Below are positions 40,774 to 49,217 of a stretch of 64,000 nucleotides of DNA, piece after piece. The stretch spans positions 10,590 to 74,589 of the forward strand of contig JBDRNV010000005.1 in NCBI GenBank assembly GCA_043810695.1. The letters run 5' to 3'. The notes below the pieces were generated by a model. That model worked only from the letters and a program-made list of their open reading frames with translations. It was not told where the DNA came from and ran no database searches. The position numbers and the translations under genes were made by a program. Source of the DNA: Nanobdellota archaeon. GTDB taxonomy: Archaea > Nanobdellota > Nanobdellia > Pacearchaeales > GW2011-AR1. How positions within the stretch are numbered: the stretch's first letter is position 1; each line of letters begins with the position of its first letter.

Positions 40774-41244
40774 ATGGAAAAATTTTTAGAAAATATTATG
40801 GAAGCTGAAAAAAGTCTTCAAGTAGCAGACCACATGACATATATAACTTTTCCTTTGATTAAAGATAAAAGGCTTCTTTTAAAGATATTGCAGGAAATAA
40901 AAAATGCAGTCGCCCATTGCATAAGTTCAATACTTCAGCATGATTATATTTACAAAAAAATAGAACTCTATAAAGATCCTAAGTCAAACTTTAAGGTTTT
41001 CACTGAAAAATGCGCTCCTGCATACAACATAACTAAAGAAGAAATAGGGCTGGTTATTGAATTGTTTGATTTCATAGAAAAACATAAACAAAGTCCATTT
41101 GAATTTGTAAAAGACGACAAGGTTGTTATTTTATCAAACGGTTTAAAGCCAAAAACACTGACTCTTGATAAAACAAAGGAATTTTTAATTCTTGGAAAAA
41201 ATCTCGTGAAAAAAATGCGTGAGACATTCAGAACAAATGATTAA
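40774..41244 (+). CDS. hypothetical protein
   Basis: 156-aa ORF with no motif. Confidence 0.3.
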   Translation: MEKFLENIMEAEKSLQVADHMTYITFPLIKDKRLLLKILQEIKNAVAHCISSILQHDYIYKKIELYKDPKSNFKVFTEKCAPAYNITKEEIGLVIELFDFIEKHKQSPFEFVKDDKVVILSNGLKPKTLTLDKTKEFLILGKNLVKKMRETFRTND

Positions 41245-41375
41245 CTTAAAATTCCAATGGAAATAGAGGTTCAATATTTATGCATATAAAACATCGTCGG
41301 AAGAAAAGTATAAAAAGCTCATATGCATCTTATTGTATACTTCTAATTTAACAATAAAAATAAAAAAGAAGGATT

Positions 41376-41819
41376 TTGATGGAAGAAATAATACAAGAAA
41401 AAATAAGTGCAGACCACCTTCTTTATGTTAGTCTAAAGTATACAAAAACTTGCGATGTTATTATGAATCTTATTCTAAGATGGAGAAAAATGATAGAAAC
41501 AAGCATTAATGAACTTCTAAAACGCGCAAAAACCAAAAAAAAGATATCTAAAATCCCATTAAATCCAGTGGGAAAGATTGATGCCATCAAAATACTCTTT
41601 AAAAAAGATAAAGAGTTTCTTGAAGTAATAGATATGTACGAATTATTTAAGAAAATAGAAGAATTAAGAAAAGAAAGAATTGGAGAATTTAGAAAAAATG
41701 TAACACTCAGAGTTTTTTATAGGGGGGAGGAAATAAATATAAATTTAGAAAAATTAAAAATTTATGCAGATAAGTTAGAAAAGTTTATAAGTACCACAAA
41801 GCAATTTCTTTTATCATAA
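41376..41819 (+). CDS. hypothetical protein
   Basis: 147-aa ORF with no motif. Confidence 0.3.
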   Translation: MMEEIIQEKISADHLLYVSLKYTKTCDVIMNLILRWRKMIETSINELLKRAKTKKKISKIPLNPVGKIDAIKILFKKDKEFLEVIDMYELFKKIEELRKERIGEFRKNVTLRVFYRGEEININLEKLKIYADKLEKFISTTKQFLLS

Positions 41820-41847
41820 ATTTAAAATCTCCGTTGGAGTTTAAAAA

Positions 41848-42624
41848 ATGTCAAAAATAATCGTTATTACTTCTGGAAAAGGAGGGGTTGGAAAAACAAC
41901 CACTGCTATAAACCTAGCAGCTGCGATGAATTATTTTGGAAAAGATGTTCTTGTTATAGATGGGAATTTTTCTACACCAAATGTGGGTATTCATTTAAAT
42001 GCCCCTGAAGTTCCTATAAATCTAAATCATATTTTAAGAGGTGCAGCAGAACCTTTTGAGGCTGTTTATGAGCATGAATCAGGAATAAAAATTATGCCTT
42101 CATCTATTTCAATAAAAGAATCAAAAAGAGTAAAACCTGAAAGATTGAAAGAATTTAGAAATAATTTCAAAAAAATCTCTGATTATATAATTGTTGATTG
42201 TGCTGCAGGACTTGGAAGCGAGGCTTCCTGCGCAATAGAAACAGCAGATGAAATTCTTATAGTAACAAATCCAGAATTGCCTGCCATAACAGATGCTCTA
42301 AAAACAATAAAACTTGCAGAGAGTTTAAAAAAACCCGTAAAGGGAATTATTGTTACACGAGTCAAAAAAGATGATATAGAACTTTCTCCTGAAGTTGTAA
42401 AAGACATGCTTGAAATACCTATTCTTGGAATGATACCTGAAGATGATTCAATAAGGAAATCAATAAATGTAAAGAATATAGCAGTGCATATTTATCCAAG
42501 AAGCAAGGCGGCACGTGCTTATAAAGAAGTTGCGGCAAAAATGCTTGGTGTTGAATATGATTCTGACAAAGATAGTGATAGGTTACTAGATAGACTTTTT
42601 AATTGGTTAAAGCTGAAAAAATAA
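41848..42624 (+). CDS. minD: MinD/ParA-family P-loop ATPase
   Basis: Deviant Walker A GKGGVGKTTTAINLA and a DCAAGLG Walker B region. Confidence 0.75.
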   Translation: MSKIIVITSGKGGVGKTTTAINLAAAMNYFGKDVLVIDGNFSTPNVGIHLNAPEVPINLNHILRGAAEPFEAVYEHESGIKIMPSSISIKESKRVKPERLKEFRNNFKKISDYIIVDCAAGLGSEASCAIETADEILIVTNPELPAITDALKTIKLAESLKKPVKGIIVTRVKKDDIELSPEVVKDMLEIPILGMIPEDDSIRKSINVKNIAVHIYPRSKAARAYKEVAAKMLGVEYDSDKDSDRLLDRLFNWLKLKK

Positions 42625-42793
42625 TAATTATTAATTATAAAATATAAATATAATCAAATAAAATAACCTGATTGGTATTAAACAGAAAAATATATTAATA
42701 AAAATTAGATGTTGTTAACAGTAAATAACTTAAACTAATTATTAAAGTAATATAACATTAAAAATATCAATTTAATCTTCAAATTCAATAAAA

Positions 42794-43132
42794 ATGGAAA
42801 CAATAAAATTTTCAGACTGGCAAAAACTTGATTTAAGAACTGCAAAAATTCTAGAAGTTGAGCATGTTGAAGGAGCTGACAAACTTTATCAGCTTGAAAT
42901 AGATTTAGGAAAAGAACTAGGAAAAAGAACTCTTGTAGCAGGTTTAAAACCTTATTATAAACCAGAGCAATTAAAAAACAAAATATGCATAGTATTCACA
43001 AATCTTGAGCCAAAAATAATAAAGGGAATAGAAAGCCATGGTATGCTTCTTGCAGCAACAGATGAAAAAGAAAACAAAGTATGCCTTCTTCAACCAGATT
43101 CAAAGATAGAGTTGGGAAGTAAAATTAGATAA
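42794..43132 (+). CDS. stand-alone tRNA-binding OB-fold protein (Trbp111/CsaA/MetRS-C-terminal-domain-like)
   Basis: DLRTAKILEVEHVEGADKLYQLEIDLG matches the EMAP/Trbp111 tRNA-binding domain. 112 aa. Confidence 0.7.
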   Translation: METIKFSDWQKLDLRTAKILEVEHVEGADKLYQLEIDLGKELGKRTLVAGLKPYYKPEQLKNKICIVFTNLEPKIIKGIESHGMLLAATDEKENKVCLLQPDSKIELGSKIR

Positions 43133-43134
43133 GA

Positions 43135-43998
43135 TTAAGCTTCTCTTTTTATGCACAGCGCTGTGGCAGAAGGTGCTATATAACCACATCCAATATTTTG
43201 TTGATTTGAATCAATATTATATAGACATAATCCACCTGAACCATATATAGTTTGAGTATTTAAACACGCAGTATCTCCAGTTGTACCACTTGATGAAGCA
43301 CTATAAAGATTAAGAGCAGCTGTACCACCACCAACCCAGTTTCTCAATCTAAGTACACCTGAATTTGTACCTACTCCTTGTATTTCAAAAGCTAATGTAT
43401 CAGCCTTAATAACAGCTGGATCCCTATTAAAAGTGATTTTGCTAGCTGGTGTTGCTAGACCACTATCACCACCAATGATTACATCATTTCCTTGATATCT
43501 AATTGACCAAAGACTTTGACTAATAAATCCTGAATCATATCTTCTAATACCAATCTTTCCACCAAGCTGAGCTGGATTATTTAAAGTTAAAGGATCAGCA
43601 ACAATTTCTCCTAGCAAATGAAGTTTGTAGAGTGGATTAGTTGTTCCAATTCCAACATTTCCTGCTGTATCATAAAGTAAAGAATTTCCAACACTTGTTG
43701 CTCCTGTAAATTTTGTTAAATAATTTGTTGTACCTGTTCCGCTTATTCCACTTACACCCGAAACACTATTACAAGCCCAACCACTATCTGTCCATGTTAA
43801 AACCTGTCCTGCAGAACATCCGGAAGCAGGTGGTGCAAGTTCTCCAGTACTATGTCCAAAAACAGGGGGATTAGTAGTTCCGTAAGAATAAACACCTATT
43901 GCCAAAAGTATAAAAATAAAAACTCCAATTATCGTATAAGAAAGTCTATTTGAAATTTTCTTATTCAGAAATGAATTATTCTTTTTTTTATTCGCCAT
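43135..43998 (-). CDS. surface protein with N-terminal signal anchor and tail-fibre-like Gly/Thr-rich domain (paralog 1)
   Basis: The N-terminus MANKKKNNSFLNKKISNRLSYTII and the central NYLTKFTG...VGNSLLYD...GNVGIGTTNP are shared with the downstream paralog. Confidence 0.45.
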   Translation of the reverse strand: MANKKKNNSFLNKKISNRLSYTIIGVFIFILLAIGVYSYGTTNPPVFGHSTGELAPPASGCSAGQVLTWTDSGWACNSVSGVSGISGTGTTNYLTKFTGATSVGNSLLYDTAGNVGIGTTNPLYKLHLLGEIVADPLTLNNPAQLGGKIGIRRYDSGFISQSLWSIRYQGNDVIIGGDSGLATPASKITFNRDPAVIKADTLAFEIQGVGTNSGVLRLRNWVGGGTAALNLYSASSSGTTGDTACLNTQTIYGSGGLCLYNIDSNQQNIGCGYIAPSATALCIKREA

Positions 43999-44139
43999 CT
44001 TCTTTATAATATATTTAATAATGAGGTATATTTAAAGATTTTGATTGCAGAATTTTTATATATTAAAAGATAAAAAATAAAAATTATTAATAGCAAAATT
44101 TCAAAAATGAAAATAATAGAAAAAAAATAAATTTTAAAA

Positions 44140-44865
44140 TTAAGGAAGATTAGTACAAGTAACACTAGTTAAATAACTATCAGTATTAGGATTTACAGCA
44201 AGTCGCTGGTACCTCCAAAAATTATCTATAATTTCTACACCATCTCTAAAGCTTTGCCCACTTATAACTGTATGAGAATTATAATGACCTCCTAAAGCCA
44301 AACAAACAAATTGAGCATTTTTAATAGCCTCATAAGCACTGATATATTTATCTTCCATATATCTATCTATATTATAAGAACTTACGCGAGGATCATTACA
44401 GATAAAAGAAGTTGAACCAAAAGATATCCCTCCTCTGCAATAAACAAGGCCATTAACAATTGTTCCAGAAGATGATATTATATATCCCCCAACAGATAAT
44501 TTTGTTCTAGGATTTGTTACTCCAATTCCTACATTTATTCCATTATCATAAATAATTGAATTCCCAACAGTACTTGCTCCTGTAAATTTTGTTAAATAAT
44601 TAGTTGTTCCGCCACCGCTAATATTTCCTGTTCCGCCACCAGAAACACTAGCACAACTCCACACACTTCCTGTCCATGTTAAAACCTGTCCGGCAACACA
44701 CCCACTTGGCTCCTCTATAGCACTTATGGGATGTCCTGGATTAGGAACAATTGCGTAAACTATAACAGCAACCAAGATTAAAGCAACTAAAGAAATTATT
44801 GTATAAGAAAGCCTGTTTGAAATTTTCTTATTCAAAAACAAATTCTTCTCTTTTTTGTTCACCAT
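44140..44865 (-). CDS. surface protein with N-terminal signal anchor and tail-fibre-like Gly/Thr-rich domain (paralog 2)
   Basis: MVNKKEKNLFLNKKISNRLSYTII and NYLTKFTGASTVGNSIIYDNGINVGIGVTNP. The C-terminal domains of the two paralogs diverge. Confidence 0.45.
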   Translation of the reverse strand: MVNKKEKNLFLNKKISNRLSYTIISLVALILVAVIVYAIVPNPGHPISAIEEPSGCVAGQVLTWTGSVWSCASVSGGGTGNISGGGTTNYLTKFTGASTVGNSIIYDNGINVGIGVTNPRTKLSVGGYIISSSGTIVNGLVYCRGGISFGSTSFICNDPRVSSYNIDRYMEDKYISAYEAIKNAQFVCLALGGHYNSHTVISGQSFRDGVEIIDNFWRYQRLAVNPNTDSYLTSVTCTNLP

Positions 44866-44924
44866 CTTCTTTGCAATATATTTAGTAATGAGATATATTT
44901 AAAGATTTTGATTGTAAGGGTTTT

Positions 44925-46382
44925 TTATATCTTCTCGAATAAAATCTCGCTTTTTTTAATTTTTTTTAATTGTAATGGTTTTTTTATATTTTCAAATTTT
45001 ATATTAAATCCAATATTTTTTGCTATTTTTTCGCTTGTTTCTGGAATAAAAGGCCAGAGTAAAATTGCAGCTGCTTTTATGCTGTCTGCAAGTTCATATA
45101 ATACTTTCTTATCTTTTGTTTCCCAGGGCTTTTCACTCTGCACATATTCGTTGCATATATCAATAAATGCAAAAATTTCATTAAGAGCTTTATCTAATTC
45201 ATAATTTTCTATATTTTGTTCTATTTTTTTCAAATTTAATTTTTTAAGCAATTTGTTTTCTGATTTTTCAATGCCATATTTTTCAGCCAGACTCGTTACC
45301 CTGCTTACAAGATTTCCTAATTTGTTTGCAAGTTCATTATTATGTCTTTCAATCAAAACTTTTTCTGAGAAATCTCCATCTTCTCCAAATACAAAATTCC
45401 TCAAAATGTAATATCTTACACTATCTGAAGGATATTTTTTGACTAATTCCAAGGGAGATATTACATTTCCTAATGATTTAGACATCTTTCTTCCTCCAAC
45501 TGTTAAGAATCCGTGAACAATAACTTCTTTAGGAAGTTCTACTCCTGCACTTAATAGCATCCCCGGCCATATTCCTGTATGAAATCTTAACATGTCTTTA
45601 CCGACAACATGTATGTCAACAGGCCAGTATTTTTTGTATTTTTTATTCGGAAATCCGATTCCTGTAAGATAGTTGCTCAATGCGTCTGGCCAGACGTACA
45701 TAGTCTGATTGTCATCCCCTGGAACAGGAATTCCCCAGGGAAGATGCCCCTTTTCCCTTGAGAAACTAACATCGGTTAAACCATTCCTAATTAAAGCAAG
45801 AAAATCGTTTTTCCAAGTTGAAGGGGTAATTTTTAGTTTGTTTTCTTTTATTAACTTCTTAATTTTATCTGAATATTTAGATAATCTAAAAAAATAATTT
45901 TCCTCAGAGATGTGTTGGATTTCTAAATTGTGGTGATCTGGACATTTTCCATTTATAAGTTCTTTTTCTGTGATAAATCTTTCGCAGCCAGAACAATATA
46001 CACCAGTATATTCTTTTTTGTAAATGTCTCCTCTTTTCTCAAGCCTTTTCCACATTTCCATAACACCTTGCCAGTGAACTTTCTTGTCTGTAGTTCGAAT
46101 AAAATAATTATTAGATATATTCAAAACATCGGTTAGTTCCCTAAACTTAGCAGAATTATTACCTACAAACTTTTGCGGATTTAATCCCTCTTTTTTAGCC
46201 GCTTGGTAATTTTTAACCCCATGTTCATCTGTGCCAGTCAAAAAGAAGACCTTTTTTCCAATAAGCCTATTCCATCTAGCTAAAACGTCAGCTATAACAA
46301 CCTCTAATGCAAAGCCTATATGTGGTGGAGCGTTTGCATAAGCAATTGTTGTGGTTATGTAAAAGGTCTTTTTATTTTTCAT
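44925..46382 (-). CDS. metG: methionyl-tRNA synthetase (core enzyme, no C-terminal tRNA-binding appendage)
   Basis: HIGFALEV (HIGH-like), KMSKSLGN, and a CSGCERF zinc knuckle. 485 aa. Confidence 0.9.
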   Translation of the reverse strand: MKNKKTFYITTTIAYANAPPHIGFALEVVIADVLARWNRLIGKKVFFLTGTDEHGVKNYQAAKKEGLNPQKFVGNNSAKFRELTDVLNISNNYFIRTTDKKVHWQGVMEMWKRLEKRGDIYKKEYTGVYCSGCERFITEKELINGKCPDHHNLEIQHISEENYFFRLSKYSDKIKKLIKENKLKITPSTWKNDFLALIRNGLTDVSFSREKGHLPWGIPVPGDDNQTMYVWPDALSNYLTGIGFPNKKYKKYWPVDIHVVGKDMLRFHTGIWPGMLLSAGVELPKEVIVHGFLTVGGRKMSKSLGNVISPLELVKKYPSDSVRYYILRNFVFGEDGDFSEKVLIERHNNELANKLGNLVSRVTSLAEKYGIEKSENKLLKKLNLKKIEQNIENYELDKALNEIFAFIDICNEYVQSEKPWETKDKKVLYELADSIKAAAILLWPFIPETSEKIAKNIGFNIKFENIKKPLQLKKIKKSEILFEKI

Positions 46383-46990
46383 ATCTTAAAGTTGGTGCTC
46401 TGCTTTTTATTTCTTTCCAATATATTTTTCTCAGCCGTAATCAGGTCTTTATATCTCTTTTTATGTCTAATATAGGGTTTAAGAAATTTTAATAATTTAA
46501 GCAAATCTTCTTTATGATTAACAAATACCCCAAAACAATCTTTATTTTGTCTTATCATTCCGTAAAATCCTTGTCTGCTTACAATTCCAAATTTTGAATT
46601 AATTCCTAATTTACCCAGGTTTTTATGTACCTGAAAAAGGATATTTTTATCATAAGTCCTAATTCTAAATCGTGCTCTATTTTGTGAAATACCAATATTT
46701 CCCTCTGCGTCAGTATACCCTCCAAGGAAGGCCAAGAAAAAGTTTTTATTATAGAGTATCCATTCTGGTATTTTATCTTCTTTATTTATTAAAAAATTAA
46801 AAGATTTGTCTAAATTGCAATAGACATGATAAACTCCATTATAATCTTTAGCCTTAAAGTGTCCATACTTCCCATATATCCTCTTTATCAATTTATATTG
46901 GGCTATTTTTGTTGTATTGGAACTTATTAATACGGTAGAATTTTTATTAGTAGCTTTAACTTTTAAATCTCCCAATCGAAAACCAATCAT
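46379..46990 (-). CDS. LAGLIDADG-family homing endonuclease-like protein
   Basis: FFLAFLGGYTDAEGNIG is a clear LAGLIDADG motif, with a degenerate N-terminal copy MIGFRLGDL. Its stop overlaps the metG start. Confidence 0.55.
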   Translation of the reverse strand: MIGFRLGDLKVKATNKNSTVLISSNTTKIAQYKLIKRIYGKYGHFKAKDYNGVYHVYCNLDKSFNFLINKEDKIPEWILYNKNFFLAFLGGYTDAEGNIGISQNRARFRIRTYDKNILFQVHKNLGKLGINSKFGIVSRQGFYGMIRQNKDCFGVFVNHKEDLLKLLKFLKPYIRHKKRYKDLITAEKNILERNKKQSTNFKI

Positions 46991-46998
46991 ATACGCTT

Positions 46999-47505
46999 TT
47001 AAGTCGCCATTTCCATTAAATCTTGCTTTTTTGTATTTTGTGTTTGCTTCAGATAAACTTTTTTTTTTATTTTATATTTTCTTAGTTTCTCAAAAACCGT
47101 TGTCTTGTTGGAATTGAATTTTTTAGCTATTTTTTGTGGCGATAGGTTTTCTTTTATATACAATTTATATAATTCTTCTTTTTTTATATTTAGAATATTC
47201 TTTTTTCTTGGCTCTATTCCGTTTTCTTTTAATTTATTATATGCTGTACAGTGGCTAATTCCTATTTTTTTGGCAGTGTCTGTGACAGAAAGCCCTTGTT
47301 TAACATATAGATCATATAGTTTGTCTTTTTGTATGTTTATTTTCTTTTTTGGAAATCTTGCTCTTATATTGTATTCTTTCAGTCTCTTCTGAATAACAGT
47401 AGGATCACAATTAAATTTTTGGGCTATTTGATAAGTAGATAATCGCCTCTCAACATATAAATTTTCAAGGGTTTTTTTACTAATAACTATCTTCTTAGTC
47501 ATCAT
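46999..47505 (-). CDS. triple helix-turn-helix repeat DNA-binding protein
   Basis: Three repeats of about 45 aa, each ending in an HTH (LSTYQIAQKFNCDPTVIQKRLKEYNI, LSVTDTAKKIGISHCTAYNKLKENGI, LSPQKIAKKFNSNKTTVFEKLRKYKI). Confidence 0.45.
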   Translation of the reverse strand: MMTKKIVISKKTLENLYVERRLSTYQIAQKFNCDPTVIQKRLKEYNIRARFPKKKINIQKDKLYDLYVKQGLSVTDTAKKIGISHCTAYNKLKENGIEPRKKNILNIKKEELYKLYIKENLSPQKIAKKFNSNKTTVFEKLRKYKIKKKVYLKQTQNTKKQDLMEMAT

Positions 47506-47632
47506 TTATATTAAAAAAGAATGTATTTAAATACGTGTCCTAATTTAAAAATAGTTAACATAATCAATCGCTGTTGTAACATAAAACTTGTTTGCCCTAA
47601 AGAGTAAAGAACAAGAAGATATAAAAAACTAT

Positions 47633-48118
47633 TTATGAGATTAATATTGTTCTTTGAGTTTGAGCTTTTGCTTTACCAAGTCTTTCAGAAACAGCAATAA
47701 TATGAGGATAAACTGCTGATGCCTCTCTTCTATCAAATCCTAAATCCATCATTACTCTGATATAGTCTTCTTCTCCTAATTTGAAATTTTCTTGCAGTCC
47801 ATAGATAAGATATTTGTTATTTCTTTTTCTTTTTTCTGCTATCATTTTTTCAAGAATGTCTCCATATTTAGGATATTTTTTTGTGAATGCATTTATCCCT
47901 TCTCTTAATGTTCTTGCTTTTTCTTCTTCTTTTTTCTCTGTTTTAGCAAAAACCCTTTCTCCTATTTCTTCCCCTTCTTTTAATAAATCAGAAATTTCTT
48001 TGGCTTTTTTATCCAATCTTCTCAAACCTTTTTCTCCTAAACTTTTTAGTGGTCTATAAAGTATATCAGAAGAAATCAACCATCTCACAAATTTCTCTAT
48101 TTCTGTTCTTTCTGGCAT
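47633..48118 (-). CDS. hypothetical protein
   Basis: 161-aa K/E-rich ORF. Confidence 0.3.
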   Translation of the reverse strand: MPERTEIEKFVRWLISSDILYRPLKSLGEKGLRRLDKKAKEISDLLKEGEEIGERVFAKTEKKEEEKARTLREGINAFTKKYPKYGDILEKMIAEKRKRNNKYLIYGLQENFKLGEEDYIRVMMDLGFDRREASAVYPHIIAVSERLGKAKAQTQRTILIS

Positions 48119-48201
48119 TTTTCTGTATATAAATTAAAATATATAAAGTTTATTATAATGAAAAATACATGCCCTATTAGTTAACCTTTTAATAAAACCA
48201 G

Positions 48202-48308
48202 GCACCAGTGGTTTAATGGTAGAACTCAAAATTCCCATGGCTGATGCAGCTGCGGCAGACATCCAACGGAAAAAGCTCGTGATCCGGGTTCAATTCCTGG
48301 CTGGTGCA
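48202..48308 (+). tRNA. tRNA-like gene with ~35-nt insertion in the anticodon region (candidate non-canonical intron or pseudogene); candidate anticodon loop TTCCCAT (Gly-CCC)
   Basis: A perfect acceptor stem GCACCAG/CTGGTGC+A, a D-arm GTTT-AATGGTA-GAAC, and a T-arm CCGGG-TTCAATT-CCTGG are visible. I could not pair the 3' side of the anticodon stem after removing a canonical 37/38 intron. Confidence 0.45.
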
Positions 48309-48366
48309 TTTCAAATCTCTATTTCACACCCCAGAAAATTATTTAAACAAGACAAATTTTTCCTTA

Positions 48367-49044
48367 ATGATGTTTAATAAAAAAAGATGTTCAAAATGCG
48401 GAGAAAAGATAAATAATAGTTATAACTTCTGTCCTTATTGTAGAAGTCAGTTAAAAGATTCTTCAAATTTTTTAGATGATGAAAATTGGGGGCTTCTTGG
48501 AAAAAATGACTTTATGCCTAATGAAGAAATAAGACTTCCAATGGGATTTAATGCTTTATTTAATTCACTTATTAAAAATCTGAATAATCAGTTCAAGGAA
48601 ATTGGTAATATAGAAGATAAACAAAAGAAAATAAAAATGAAAAAGGGTGGAATAGGAATAAGCATTTATACCTCTGGAAATAAACCTCCTGAAATAAAAG
48701 TTACATCCTTTGGAAATTCTCCTGAACTAAAAGAACAAGAAAAAAGCAGAGTAAAAGATCTAAAGCTTCCTGAATCAGAAGCTGGAAAATTTGCAGGCTT
48801 GCCAAAAAAAGAGCCTGAAACAAATATAAGAAGACTTTCAAATAAGGTTGTTTATGAGATAAACATGCCTGGTGTTAAATCAATAAAAGATGTTTCTATA
48901 ATTCAACTTGAGAACAGCATAGAGATAAAGGCTCTTGCAAAAAACAAAGTATTTTACAAGATAATTCCAATAAACCTGCCGATAAGAAATTATAATTTTT
49001 CTAAGCAAAAACTTGTTCTTGAACTTGATGAAAAAAGTGATTAA
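48367..49044 (+). CDS. zinc-ribbon protein with C-terminal beta-sandwich-like domain
   Basis: The track ORF starts at 48304 inside the tRNA-like gene, so the MMFNKKRCSKCGEK...CPYC start at 48367 is preferred. C4 zinc ribbon. Confidence 0.4.
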   Translation: MMFNKKRCSKCGEKINNSYNFCPYCRSQLKDSSNFLDDENWGLLGKNDFMPNEEIRLPMGFNALFNSLIKNLNNQFKEIGNIEDKQKKIKMKKGGIGISIYTSGNKPPEIKVTSFGNSPELKEQEKSRVKDLKLPESEAGKFAGLPKKEPETNIRRLSNKVVYEINMPGVKSIKDVSIIQLENSIEIKALAKNKVFYKIIPINLPIRNYNFSKQKLVLELDEKSD

Positions 49045-49083
49045 TAAAAACTTATAAATAGAGTATTTCTTTCAAATTTTAAT

Positions 49084-49157
49084 GAGCCCGTAGCTCAGCC
49101 TGGTAGAGCACTGCTCTGATAAGGCAGGGGTCCACGGTTCAAATCCGTGCGGGCTCA
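49084..49157 (+). tRNA. tRNA-Ile (anticodon GAU), intronless
   Basis: GAGCCCG-TA-GCTC-AGCCTGGTA-GAGC-A-CTGCT-CTGATAA-GGCAG-GGGTC-CACGG-TTCAAAT-CCGTG-CGGGCTC-A, a canonical cloverleaf. Confidence 0.9.
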
Positions 49158-49217
49158 TTTTTTCTTAGTAGTGTGTAGTTTCATAAAGGTTAAAAGTCCT
49201 TTGCATCAAATAATATT

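Noticed and set aside
46990-47060. Possible frameshift fusing the triple-HTH ORF and the LAGLIDADG ORF (poly-T run near 47045-47059)
   Set aside because: There is a clean TAA stop followed by a plausible ATG 8 nt downstream, and the homopolymer lies well inside the upstream ORF rather than at the junction. I treat them as two genes.
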